DNA of 32,000 nt from Candidatus Saccharimonadota bacterium (GTDB taxonomy: Bacteria > Patescibacteriota > Microgenomatia > UBA1406 > GWC2-37-13), in the NCBI GenBank assembly GCA_001790095.1, contig MGBH01000001.1, forward strand, positions 1,110,001 to 1,142,000. Direction: 5' to 3'. How positions within the stretch are numbered: the first letter of the stretch is position 1; every line of letters begins with the position of its first letter. Position numbers and translations under genes: made by a program. Under the pieces are notes generated by a model. The model had not been told where the DNA came from and did not search any database. It saw only the letters and a program-made list of their open reading frames with translations. Positions 1 through 8,707 of this stretch are shown here, piece by piece.

Positions 1-2
1 TG

Positions 3-512
3 ATTCAAGCATTTCTCAAAGATAAAGGATTTACAAAAGATGAGATCTCATCATCAAAGATATCGGTGTCAACTATTTATAAACAGAATCCAAACGGTTA
101 CGGAGTGACCGATGAGGTCTCTTCATATGAAACGAAATCAACAGTATACGTAAGAACAAATAAAGTATATAAGGTTGATGAAGGAACCAATCTTCTTCGG
201 AGATTTTGTGAGGAAAATAATATCGAACTTGCTGATGCATCCCCGGATTACACTTATTTAAATTTTGAATCAGAGAAGATCCCCCTTTTACAAAAGGCGA
301 TTGAGGATGCACAAAAAAGAGCACACGCTCTGGTCAATGCGACAAAAGGAGTATCGCGAACATCAATCGGGAAGATCTTAAGTGCAGAGCAAGGAGTATT
401 TCAAGTCAATGGAGCAAATGACAACAGCGTATCAGACTACGGAAACTTTGATACCTATTCGATCCGCAAAACCATCCGTGCTACTGTCAGTGTAGAGTTT
501 GCTGCAAATTAA
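3..512 (+). CDS. SIMPL/DUF541-like protein, 5' end truncated by window edge
   Basis: Reading frame is open from base 3 (IQAFLKDKGFTKDEISSSKISV...), so the GTG at 66 is probably not the true start. The stretch LLQKAIEDAQKRAHALVNATKG...GKILSAEQGVFQV resembles the SIMPL-domain core. Recognition by eye only. Confidence 0.5.
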   Translation: MQAFLKDKGFTKDEISSSKISVSTIYKQNPNGYGVTDEVSSYETKSTVYVRTNKVYKVDEGTNLLRRFCEENNIELADASPDYTYLNFESEKIPLLQKAIEDAQKRAHALVNATKGVSRTSIGKILSAEQGVFQVNGANDNSVSDYGNFDTYSIRKTIRATVSVEFAAN

Positions 513-737
513 TTATCGGGGTTGTCCTAATTTCCCTTCATATATAATAGTTTCTTCATCTGTTCCATGAGGATAAACTGCAATTTTTTGTTGGGCATAG
601 TTGAGCATAATCATGGCATAAGGAAAAAGAGCATCTAAATGAATACGATCTTCAGGAGTGAATGGTACGTAAATTTCATCGGTTATTCCATTTGCCCCTT
701 GAATCTTCACACGTTGACGAGTATTTCTCTCAACCAT
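513..737 (-). CDS. small hypothetical protein (74 aa)
   Basis: Intact ORF on the same strand as, and downstream of, the DNPH1-RHH gene. No recognisable motif. Its stop abuts the stop of the convergent SIMPL-like gene (512/513). Confidence 0.4.
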   Translation of the reverse strand: MVERNTRQRVKIQGANGITDEIYVPFTPEDRIHLDALFPYAMIMLNYAQQKIAVYPHGTDEETIIYEGKLGQPR

Positions 738-795
738 TTTGTTGTTTAAGTAGTAAAGAAGTAATACAAATATTGTAGGGGAGTTTGATAGAAAG

Positions 796-818
796 CGTTA
801 TGCATCACCGTTATGCAT
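796..818. repeat. exact 10-nt direct repeat CGTTATGCAT-CAC-CGTTATGCAT
   Basis: Copies at 796..805 and 809..818. The second copy spans the stop codon of the RHH-domain gene. Each unit contains the palindrome ATGCAT. Confidence 0.8.
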
Positions 819-1380
819 GTTTTTCCATATCGCTCTGAATAAGATGTCTTAAATATACTGATTTAGGAAGCTTTTTTTTACGTGATACTTTTTCAAGATA
901 AGATGCGATTTCTGAGGTGATATAAAAGGTGAACCTACTATCAGCTGACCCCTGTGCATAGTTTATAAAATCTTCAATAATATCTTGTAGCGTTGTCAAA
1001 GAATACTTCTCGCAGATAACTTTTTCACTTGAATGGTGTACTAATAATGATGGAGGATCTCCTTCAGAGTAAAGAATAAGCACCGTTTTATTAAACTGTA
1101 GCGCAAGAGAAATCTCATATCCTACACTGATGCTAGGAAATGAAGCCTCAACTACCATAAAATCACAGCCGCCTATCCATTTTTCTAGATTGTCATGAAA
1201 TTTCATCCTGTCCTCTCTTTTTTCAAGACGGATTTCTTCTTCTGTAGATTTGACGATGTGGTCTGATAAGACTTGATGATTCTTATCAAGAAGAATTTTA
1301 ATGATTTTTAAGTAATTATGAAGATACTGTTTTTTTCCAACAATTGATGCAGTGAAATATACCTTCATATATGCTGTCAT
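811..1380 (-). CDS. DNPH1/Rcl-like (nucleoside 2-deoxyribosyltransferase fold) domain fused to a C-terminal ribbon-helix-helix (CopG-like) domain
   Basis: N-terminal KVYFTASIVGKK and CDFMVVEASFPSISVGYEISLA match the DNPH1 signatures IYFCGSIRGGR and VVAEVTQPSLGVGYELG. C-terminal RFTFYITSEIASYLEKVSRKKKLPKSVYLRHLIQ has the beta-strand, helix, helix pattern of RHH_1. Confidence 0.6.
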   Translation of the reverse strand: MTAYMKVYFTASIVGKKQYLHNYLKIIKILLDKNHQVLSDHIVKSTEEEIRLEKREDRMKFHDNLEKWIGGCDFMVVEASFPSISVGYEISLALQFNKTVLILYSEGDPPSLLVHHSSEKVICEKYSLTTLQDIIEDFINYAQGSADSRFTFYITSEIASYLEKVSRKKKLPKSVYLRHLIQSDMEKHA

Positions 1381-1431
1381 TATACTCTTTCTTAACTATA
1401 TGTAAAATTATGTTGATCTATTGATTTCACA

Positions 1432-1458
1432 AATAATCGTATTTCAGAGACGATTATT
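1432..1458. promoter_or_regulatory. perfect 9-nt inverted repeat AATAATCGT-N9-ACGATTATT next to TATAAT (1461..1466)
   Basis: Read directly from the sequence. It lies in the divergent region between the DNPH1-RHH gene and the HAD gene. Confidence 0.35.
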
Positions 1459-1483
1459 GCTATAATTATTTTTTGAATCCTTA

Positions 1484-2143
1484 TTGAGCCAAATTATGTA
1501 TATATCAAAATATAAAGCAATAATATTTGATTTTGACGAGACGCTCGTTGCGTCTTATAAGGTAAAATGGGCGCAGCATCAAGAGACTGCAAAAAGGTTT
1601 TATGGGGTACATTTGACGGAAGAAAAGATCCGGAAATATTGGGGTATGCCATTTGAGCCGATGATAAGTATTTTTTATGAACATAAAGACGCGGCAGAGA
1701 ATATGATGAAAAATTACCACTCACTTGATAAGCTTTATCACAAAAAACCTTATAAGGATGCGATCTCTGTCCTTGATTTTTTACACACAAAGTCATACTG
1801 GTTGGGTTTGGTTACTTCGATGACGAAGGAATCAGTTATTCAAGACATGCAAGAGTCGGAGATGCCATATAAAAACTTTGATTATATACAAGGGTCAAAA
1901 GACTCAGATCATCATAAACCAGACCCTCGGGTATTTGATTATCTGATCAGGAAACTAGAAAGAATCAATATCAAACGGGATGAGACGTTGTATGTGGGTG
2001 ATGATATTCGCGACATGCAAGCTGCAATGGGCGCAGGTTTAGCTTTTGTTGCTATCCCAAACGGTCTTACCTCAAAGGAAGAGTTTATGAATAATAAAGC
2101 GATATGCATAGATACACTTTCTGATTTGATAGTATCTACATAG
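1484..2143 (+). CDS. HAD-superfamily hydrolase (phosphatase)
   Basis: Motif I IIFDFDETLV, motif II VTSMTK, a conserved K, and motif IV VGDDIRDMQAAMGAG. Start could be TTG 1484 or ATG 1496. Confidence 0.8.
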   Translation: MSQIMYISKYKAIIFDFDETLVASYKVKWAQHQETAKRFYGVHLTEEKIRKYWGMPFEPMISIFYEHKDAAENMMKNYHSLDKLYHKKPYKDAISVLDFLHTKSYWLGLVTSMTKESVIQDMQESEMPYKNFDYIQGSKDSDHHKPDPRVFDYLIRKLERINIKRDETLYVGDDIRDMQAAMGAGLAFVAIPNGLTSKEEFMNNKAICIDTLSDLIVST

Positions 2144-2183
2144 ATTAGATATATATGATAAATAGCCTAAATAGATAGAAGAA

Positions 2184-2191
2184 GGTATAAT
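2184..2191 (+). promoter_or_regulatory. GGTATAAT -10 box, 5 nt upstream of ATG 2197
   Basis: Same octamer GGTATAAT as at 24306..24313. Alternative reading: GAAGG at 2181..2185 acts as a weak SD. Confidence 0.35.
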
Positions 2192-2196
2192 AAACT

Positions 2197-3084
2197 ATGA
2201 ACAAAAAGCTTGGATTTATTTCGTTGTTTATCACCAGCGTTTTATTCAGTACTTACGGTATTTTCAGCCGTTTTCTCAGCAAGCAATTAACTGTTTTTCA
2301 ACAGCTTTCATTCAGATACAGTATCGGTATTGTGATGATCCTCGTCATCATCTTTTTCATTAAAAAACAGTCATTTCATATCAAAAAATTCTTTAACCTA
2401 AAAATAGGTTTTTTTGCTCTCCTCATTCCGATATCCTTTTATTTTTTTATTAAGGCTTTCCTTGAATCAAAGCTATCGGTCTCAATCTCCGGATTTTACG
2501 CGGGTACCATTTTAAGCTCTCTCTTTATTGGGTATTTTTTCTTAAAAGAAAAAATTACTCACAATGGTTTAATGGGGTTTATATTTATCGTATTTGCATT
2601 TATCTTATTAAACAACCTAAATCTTCAAGAGATTACCAATATTGGTTTGATCTGGGGACTTATCTCAGGAGTCGCCTATGGAATGGCTAACTTTATTAAA
2701 AAGAATTCGGGTAAATTCTCAAAAGAAGAAGTTCTTTTGATCTTATCTACTTCTACAGCAGTCTTTATGCAGATTTTATCATTCGTCAATAAAGAAGCTT
2801 TACCTGTTCAGATTTCATCTATAACTTTGATAAATCTTTTTTTATTTGTAGCTGTGGCTCTATCGGCCGAGTACTTGACCATCTTAGGTTTTAGGAACTT
2901 CGATCTGTATCTGGGGTCAATTATACTTTCACTTGAGATAGTCTTTACCATTTTTGTTGGTATTATATTTTTCAAAGAGTTCCCAACGAACTTTGAATTG
3001 ATTGGAATACTCTTTATCATAATCTCCGTTGTTCTGACCAATCTGCCTGTTAAAACAACCATGAAATATCGGGTGAAGTCGTGA
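2197..3084 (+). CDS. EamA/DMT-family membrane transporter
   Basis: About 10 hydrophobic segments arranged as two halves, typical of EamA repeat proteins. TGA stop. Confidence 0.7.
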   Translation: MNKKLGFISLFITSVLFSTYGIFSRFLSKQLTVFQQLSFRYSIGIVMILVIIFFIKKQSFHIKKFFNLKIGFFALLIPISFYFFIKAFLESKLSVSISGFYAGTILSSLFIGYFFLKEKITHNGLMGFIFIVFAFILLNNLNLQEITNIGLIWGLISGVAYGMANFIKKNSGKFSKEEVLLILSTSTAVFMQILSFVNKEALPVQISSITLINLFLFVAVALSAEYLTILGFRNFDLYLGSIILSLEIVFTIFVGIIFFKEFPTNFELIGILFIIISVVLTNLPVKTTMKYRVKS

Positions 3085-3934
3085 GGAGGACTATCCCAAG
3101 AAGTGCGGTTACGATTCCATATATCTGTTGTTTGGTCAACGGATCTTTGAAGATGATATAAGACATAATGACAAACAGAATAGGAGCAGCGCTTGCGATG
3201 GGAGCCACAATACTGCTTGCATTTGGGAGAGATAAACCATAGTTAAGGGCAAAGTCGCCTGCACGTATAAGCAAACCAACCATAAAGACAGCAAATATCA
3301 CTCGTTTATCTTTTGGAAAAGCAAACCTCTCTCCTCGTTTTTTGATGAATAAATAGATTATGGGAAAACATGCCGTTGCAATAAAGCTTGGTAAAAACCA
3401 ATTATATTTTTCAATCAAAATCCTTGAAAAGGTGAAATAGATTGATAAGAAAACCATTGCGATGAGGGCAAACATTACCCCCCTGTCCAATATTTTTTTT
3501 GATCCAAGAATCTTTTTAAAGTCAACAGTGCAGAGAGACACCCCTAGAAAAATAATTGCAATAAAAACAGTTTGGATAAGTGTAATCTTGTCCCCATATA
3601 CAAACACCGATAAAACCAATACAACAGCAGGAAAAGCCTGGATAATGATCCCAACTAGGGGAGCGCTTGAAAGACGAAATGCTTCGCTGACAAGTACATT
3701 TCCGAGGACGTAAAGCACCCCCAAAAAGATATTAAATGTCAACATCGGCAAGGTGATCGCGTCGATATTATGAGGGGCAAATGGAATGATCAACAAGGAT
3801 AAAAAGAAACTAAAAAAGAAGACCCAAAATGTTGTGAGATTCGCACCGATTTTTCTCGTTGCGATGATGGTAAATAAATCTCCCGTACCCCAACCGAAAA
3901 AAGTAATGAGTGCTAAAATAATTGCTAAACCCAT
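3050..3934 (-). CDS. EamA/DMT-family membrane transporter
   Basis: About 10 TM segments with a two-repeat layout. 3' end overlaps the convergent EamA gene by 35 nt. Confidence 0.7.
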   Translation of the reverse strand: MGLAIILALITFFGWGTGDLFTIIATRKIGANLTTFWVFFFSFFLSLLIIPFAPHNIDAITLPMLTFNIFLGVLYVLGNVLVSEAFRLSSAPLVGIIIQAFPAVVLVLSVFVYGDKITLIQTVFIAIIFLGVSLCTVDFKKILGSKKILDRGVMFALIAMVFLSIYFTFSRILIEKYNWFLPSFIATACFPIIYLFIKKRGERFAFPKDKRVIFAVFMVGLLIRAGDFALNYGLSLPNASSIVAPIASAAPILFVIMSYIIFKDPLTKQQIYGIVTALLGIVLLTTSPDISWLF

Positions 3935-3940
3935 ATCTTA

Positions 3941-4651
3941 TTATATAGCTTTTGAATGCTTAAGATATGCTTGAGGATTACTCAAAAACGCCCCTGCTTG
4001 ATTCACAAGATCGGTTATTGTTTGAGCTTTTGCAGCACCTTTTTCAAAAAAGTTTAAAACAGCAAAAAAACGGTCCTGTTTTGTGTCGCCTTTTGTATCA
4101 TCGTCTATATACTTATAAAGAGGAATAAGTACATCAAAGTAAGGCGGGTTATAGGCTAGTCCATATGCTCCTTTTCCCGAATCATCTGTGATATCTTGTG
4201 GCAGATTATGATCCTCTTGTCTTTCTAATCGTTGCCAAGGATGGTAACTCAATAACTCATTTCTTAGTTCGGGAGAAGCGTGGCGAAGAAGTCCTTGAAA
4301 AAGGAAACTGTGTTTACCGTCGCCATGTGCGCTTTCTTTGATTTGGGTAGTTAAATCTTCAAGAGTCTGGGGTTTTGTTGCTTGCTCCAACAAATACTCA
4401 CTTATTGCTTTTTCAGGCCATGGACAACCATTAGAAAATCCTATCATAAAGCGCTGTTTTAAAGCTAATAAAGTATCAGGAAGTATAGGATTTTGGTTAT
4501 CAATAGGCACTTCAATATGTGCATTACTCAAAATCTTTTGAAGAGTTTTTATATAAAAAGGTTTTTGTTTTTTGGTTACAGGAGAATAGAAAGAATCATC
4601 CATGATTACGCGACCATCACCATGTATTCGACCAGGAAATTCCTTTGGCAT
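3941..4651 (-). CDS. hypothetical protein (236 aa), soluble, no recognised domain
   Basis: Long intact ORF with protein-like composition, 6 nt upstream of the EamA gene on the same strand. TATAAT (4658..4663, minus strand) lies 6 nt upstream of its ATG. Confidence 0.5.
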   Translation of the reverse strand: MPKEFPGRIHGDGRVIMDDSFYSPVTKKQKPFYIKTLQKILSNAHIEVPIDNQNPILPDTLLALKQRFMIGFSNGCPWPEKAISEYLLEQATKPQTLEDLTTQIKESAHGDGKHSFLFQGLLRHASPELRNELLSYHPWQRLERQEDHNLPQDITDDSGKGAYGLAYNPPYFDVLIPLYKYIDDDTKGDTKQDRFFAVLNFFEKGAAKAQTITDLVNQAGAFLSNPQAYLKHSKAI

Positions 4652-4701
4652 GTATATATTATATCATAACTATAGGATAATATCCAAATCGGAGAAAAAT
4701 T

Positions 4702-4710
4702 TGTTACAAT
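4702..4710 (+). promoter_or_regulatory. extended -10 TGTTACAAT, 6 nt upstream of ATG 4717
   Basis: Read directly from the sequence. No SD lies between the box and the start codon. Confidence 0.4.
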
Positions 4711-4716
4711 ACCTTT

Positions 4717-5226
4717 ATGAAAATTGGAGTATTATCTGACACTCATGATCAGCGAGATAATATTGCTGCTGCTGTCAAAATATTAAACAAACACAAAGTT
4801 GCTCTTACAGTTCATTGCGGCGACTGGGTATCTCCATTTACTCAACGGTTTTATCAAGATTTAAAGTGTCCAATCAGGGGTATCTTCGGTAACAATGACG
4901 GAGACAAATACTACCATACTGTTTTTGCTAAAAAAATGAAACATAACATCGAATTTGCCGGTACAACCCTTTCACTTACTGTTTCGGGTAGAAAGATCTT
5001 TGTATATCACGGTGAAGACGATGCTATTACGGAATCGTTGGTACGATCTAATATATATGATGCGGTTTTCCACGGTCACACCCATATAGCAACAAACAAA
5101 ACAATCGGTAAAACACTTTCCTTAAATCCTGGAACACTCATTGCCTATACAAGAGAGCAAATCCAAGGAGTAAGCTGTGCGGTCTATGACACGTCATCAA
5201 ATACAGCGATCATTATACGGATTTAA
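4717..5226 (+). CDS. YfcE/MJ0936-family metallophosphoesterase
   Basis: Calcineurin-like motifs in order: LSDTHD, HCGDW, GNNDGD, HGHTH. Confidence 0.85.
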   Translation: MKIGVLSDTHDQRDNIAAAVKILNKHKVALTVHCGDWVSPFTQRFYQDLKCPIRGIFGNNDGDKYYHTVFAKKMKHNIEFAGTTLSLTVSGRKIFVYHGEDDAITESLVRSNIYDAVFHGHTHIATNKTIGKTLSLNPGTLIAYTREQIQGVSCAVYDTSSNTAIIIRI

Positions 5227-5229
5227 TAT

Positions 5230-5892
5230 ATGAGTGAATTTCCTCGCAAGTATCCTGATAATCTAGCGTTTGTTGCCGCATCGCGTGCAGTGTCTTTTCG
5301 CGAAATAGTCTCGCAGAGTCAATCAAGAGGTATTGTCTCGGAGATACAGACAAAAAATCAGATTCTTAATCTTATGACGCCCGCTTCTATTTTGAGTCAA
5401 CCAAATCGCGATAAGCGCATTATCACGCCGGATAAATACCCAGATTTTGAAACGCTTCTTCGGGATAGACAGGCTATTCGAGATCTAATACTTGTACCAA
5501 AAAGAGCAGATGAGGTACAAACAGAATACGAACAAATGACCCACGAAACGTTTGTTCAAATTGTCACCGATCATTATTTGCACGGAGAACCGATGGCTCT
5601 TGTCAATGAACTATATCCGTCAAATCTGCCAGGAGGCGTTTTTCAGTACGTGCTTTGGATCGCTAACAGGTCAACGTCAGATGATCTTATTGCAGAATGT
5701 ATCGCACAGATATTGGGTCTATCGGAAGCATCTCCAGACAGGCTTATCATGTTTGAGCGATCAAACGACCTCTCAGCGACAGAGTACATACGTGCGGCAG
5801 TACCCCAATATCGACACATCCACATATGGACAGATAAGCCGCTTATTTCTTCTCATTCTTTCGATCAAGCTTATCAAGACCCAAACCTTTGA
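5230..5892 (+). CDS. hypothetical protein; possible degenerate HIT/GalT-like fold
   Basis: Intact ORF 3 nt after the phosphoesterase gene. NELYPSNLPGGVFQYVLWI and the C-terminal YRHIHIW loosely resemble HIT-type HxHxH motifs. Weak recognition by eye only. Confidence 0.45.
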   Translation: MSEFPRKYPDNLAFVAASRAVSFREIVSQSQSRGIVSEIQTKNQILNLMTPASILSQPNRDKRIITPDKYPDFETLLRDRQAIRDLILVPKRADEVQTEYEQMTHETFVQIVTDHYLHGEPMALVNELYPSNLPGGVFQYVLWIANRSTSDDLIAECIAQILGLSEASPDRLIMFERSNDLSATEYIRAAVPQYRHIHIWTDKPLISSHSFDQAYQDPNL

Positions 5893-6151
5893 CTCCGAAA
5901 TAGACGATAAATGCAATGACAAAAAAATCAATAAGAACACTTAAAAAATGTCCATACATAATCTTTGCTTTAAAAAAGGGAATATATGCGTTTTCTAAAC
6001 CCCTAGTGCTTCCCAATATAAGACCGAGGAATGGATTTATAATATCAGTGAGAAATGATGAGACGACCTTGGTGACCGAACCTCCCAAGATAAATCCGAC
6101 AGCAAACCCAACAACTCCCCGTTCTCTGATAAACTCTACAAATCCTTTCAT
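5843..6151 (-). CDS. mscL: large-conductance mechanosensitive channel MscL
   Basis: MKGFVEFIRERGVVGFAVGFILGGSVTKVVSSFLTDIINP is the canonical MscL N-terminus and TM1. Size about 100 aa with two TM segments. Confidence 0.85.
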   Translation of the reverse strand: MKGFVEFIRERGVVGFAVGFILGGSVTKVVSSFLTDIINPFLGLILGSTRGLENAYIPFFKAKIMYGHFLSVLIDFFVIAFIVYFGVKGLGLDKLDRKNEKK

Positions 6152-6185
6152 AAGAATATAAAAAAATATAATAACTCAATCTATA

Positions 6186-7010
6186 TTATTCCTTTTTTTT
6201 TGCAATTATCAAGACCGCTTCACCGGTAAAAAAGATTTTGTTTAGAAGAGAGAGGATATTAAAGTATATTTTTTTGATCAGCGGATACTGTTTTCTCTCA
6301 TCATCCTCAAACCGTAAAAATACGACCTCATATTTATTCTCATATAGATATTGCATGAGGTATTTTGTGTTGAAATGCCATACATGTTCATTGGGAAGAA
6401 GTGACTCCCAGTACTTCTTACGTATTTTAAAGATGATATTGTCGGTATTGGGGGTGCCGACGATGAGAGTTCCACCTTTTTTCAGCATCTTACGTATCAA
6501 GACAAACTCTTTGTTTATATCAGGTATATGTTCAAGGACATGATTATAGATGATACAGTCATATGTCTTATGATATTTGACTATACGTGATCGTAAAGTC
6601 CCGTGATATATATTTTTTTTCAATTTTCTCTTTGCTGCAAGATATGCTTTTTTGTTTGGTTCAATTCCAAATACATTAAAACCTTTACTCTTAAGAAGCG
6701 CTAATAAAATACCCGATGAACACCCTACGTCAAGTACAGATCCCTTTTTTGGTGCATAAGATTGAACGGTTTTGACAAGCGGTTCAAACAGTCTTTTAAA
6801 TTCTTTTTTTCGTGATTCGTAGTCTTGGATCTTTGTAATAGAGGGATCAAATTTTTTATTTTTTTTTGAAGGAAATGTCTTTAATAATTTACAACGCTCA
6901 CATATACCAATGATGGTGCCTTCATAATCTTTAAACACAGTCTCATTTTTATACAGGATATATTCGTTAAATAATGATTTTTTTCTACAAACACAGGAAG
7001 ATCTAATCAT
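6186..7010 (-). CDS. class I SAM-dependent methyltransferase with N-terminal Cys-pair (zinc-ribbon-like) segment
   Basis: Motif I VLDVGCSSGILL, post-I FGIEPN, and LKKGGTLIV. N-terminal C-x-C ... CERC pairs. Confidence 0.8.
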   Translation of the reverse strand: MIRSSCVCRKKSLFNEYILYKNETVFKDYEGTIIGICERCKLLKTFPSKKNKKFDPSITKIQDYESRKKEFKRLFEPLVKTVQSYAPKKGSVLDVGCSSGILLALLKSKGFNVFGIEPNKKAYLAAKRKLKKNIYHGTLRSRIVKYHKTYDCIIYNHVLEHIPDINKEFVLIRKMLKKGGTLIVGTPNTDNIIFKIRKKYWESLLPNEHVWHFNTKYLMQYLYENKYEVVFLRFEDDERKQYPLIKKIYFNILSLLNKIFFTGEAVLIIAKKKE

Positions 7011-7666
7011 GGTAGGGGAGTCAAAACTTTTTTCAATGATGAAAAAGCACGGTCTATCTCATAATCGTTTAAAATGATGGTAAATTCAGTGTAGGTCGAT
7101 GCGACCTCAACTACATTGATACCCTCCCACTCCAATGTTTTTAAGATATGTCCGTAGACGCCCGGGGTATCGACAGTCTCAACAGGTAGTCTTATGGTGA
7201 TAGAGGAAAGACGATCGAAAGAGGCGACATGCTTCTCATCTTTAAAACTTTTTTCAATTGATGGTTGCAGATCTTTGCTTACGATAAGAGTGGTTTCAAA
7301 GACTCCTTGAGTAATGATGAGAAAATATTTTTGTTCATTTCTCATTTTTTCAAAAAAATGGTCCCGCTTTTTTATAAAAGAATCTGAGTTGGCATAGGTT
7401 ATCTCCATAAGATTGGATCGGACGATCATGTCGGGCATCTGTTTAAAAACCCATGTTTTTTTTCGTACCCGCTTTATCTTTGCAGCATACCGTTTTAAAG
7501 CCATGATAATTGCGCCTGTTTGAATACTCTTATATACTTTTTTTTCTATATCCCCTTTCATTAAGCGAGCAAGGGATGAATAGTTTATTATTCCCCTCAT
7601 CATTCCTTCTTCAAGAAGAGTTGATTTTTTGATAAGTTCTTCAACAACCTCACTGATCGTAATCAT
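7007..7666 (-). CDS. ACT-domain-like protein (function unknown)
   Basis: C-terminal PGVYGHILKTLEWEGINVVEVASTYTEFTIILNDYEIDRAFSSL resembles aspartokinase-type ACT domains. ATGA start/stop overlap with the downstream methyltransferase. GAGG lies 11 nt upstream of the ATG. Confidence 0.45.
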   Translation of the reverse strand: MITISEVVEELIKKSTLLEEGMMRGIINYSSLARLMKGDIEKKVYKSIQTGAIIMALKRYAAKIKRVRKKTWVFKQMPDMIVRSNLMEITYANSDSFIKKRDHFFEKMRNEQKYFLIITQGVFETTLIVSKDLQPSIEKSFKDEKHVASFDRLSSITIRLPVETVDTPGVYGHILKTLEWEGINVVEVASTYTEFTIILNDYEIDRAFSSLKKVLTPLP

Positions 7667-7737
7667 AATGCTTTGTACCTCTGAGTCCAGTTTAGCAGGA
7701 CGAAGTGGTGTTCAAATCTTAACATTTTATATAGATT

Positions 7738-7765
7738 TTGTCAATTTTTATGAAAAATTGTACAA
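7738..7765. promoter_or_regulatory. near-perfect palindrome TTGTCAATTTTT-ATG-AAAAATTGTACAA
   Basis: Core CAATTTTT (7742..7749) and AAAAATTG (7753..7760) form a perfect 8-nt inverted repeat with a 3-nt spacer. The flanks extend it with one bulge. It lies in the 146-nt divergent region. Confidence 0.35.
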
Positions 7766-7812
7766 ATAGAGATTATCGCCTTACAATAGTAACTTCATAA
7801 TTTTATAGAGAT

Positions 7813-8697
7813 ATGGTCTCACAGAAAGAGTTTACAAAATACATACAAAAAGCAGAGATCGGAGACATGGGTGGAGATATTGTTGGTTGTGTCTTGACAA
7901 GTGAAATGATAAATCCATTGTTTAGAGATAAGTTAAAACCCTTTTTTGATTCATTAAGTCAAGATATTACAGGTTATGCATCAAAAACACACAGTGAAAT
8001 GTTACCAAAAGAAGCTTTTGAACTTGAAGATACTTTTTTTGCTGGTAATAGTGCTATCTTTTTTGCAGCTGATGAGCAAAATGAAGTGATACCGGTTGGA
8101 CATGCATCATGCGTTCCTCTTTATGCAACAGACAACTTGCGAGTGTATGAATTTGGAGGGTGGTATGTAAAAGATGAATATCGGCATCACCGATTAAATG
8201 GTATGACGATCGGCGAAACCGTTGGTCTTTCAGCGATAGAACAAACCCAGCTAAACTGTCAGCACGATGAAGTTCAACCAGTGATAATCGCAACAGTCAA
8301 AAGACAAAATAGTTTAAAAGGCTTACAGCATCTTGGCTTTATAGTAGATAGCTTTCATAAGAGGCCTTATACTACTGCGTTGACCTGTTCATGTGCAACG
8401 TCGTCAGAACACTTTGGTTGCAATGCTTGTTTACACAGAAGAGGTCCAGAAAATGGCGAGAAGCATAGTATAGGCATGGGTGGTATAGGATATGAATTTG
8501 TACCTATTACTATCCCAAATGGAACTGATGTAAAAAAAATTCCCTGTTCTCTCCTTGTTCATGAATCATCGGCAATAGATACATTTGAAGAGAGAATGAT
8601 GGAAAGCTTTGAAGGAGGTCAGTATGAGGGGGTTATTACAAATACTATAATGCGTCAAATGGGAAATCAGCTACAGAAGGATGGAAACATCGTATAA
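7813..8697 (+). CDS. hypothetical protein, possible GNAT-like acyltransferase with Cys cluster
   Basis: VYEFGGWYVKDEYRHHRLNGMTIGETVGLSAIEQ resembles the GNAT beta4-alpha3 (motif A) region. Followed by CSCATSSEHFGCNAC. Low-certainty call. Confidence 0.4.
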   Translation: MVSQKEFTKYIQKAEIGDMGGDIVGCVLTSEMINPLFRDKLKPFFDSLSQDITGYASKTHSEMLPKEAFELEDTFFAGNSAIFFAADEQNEVIPVGHASCVPLYATDNLRVYEFGGWYVKDEYRHHRLNGMTIGETVGLSAIEQTQLNCQHDEVQPVIIATVKRQNSLKGLQHLGFIVDSFHKRPYTTALTCSCATSSEHFGCNACLHRRGPENGEKHSIGMGGIGYEFVPITIPNGTDVKKIPCSLLVHESSAIDTFEERMMESFEGGQYEGVITNTIMRQMGNQLQKDGNIV

Positions 8698-8707
8698 AAT
8701 ATGAACT

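Noticed and set aside
5552-5944. 130-aa plus-strand ORF overlapping 5230..5892 in another frame
   Set aside because: The composition is non-protein-like (Cys/Gln/Ser-rich junk). It is fully embedded in two better-supported genes, the hypothetical CDS and mscL.
7700-7725. tRNA-like T-loop string GGTGTTCAAATC in the 146-nt intergenic region
   Set aside because: The flanking bases do not pair into a T-stem, and no acceptor or anticodon arms can be drawn on either strand. More likely it is the 5' UTR of the ACT-like gene.
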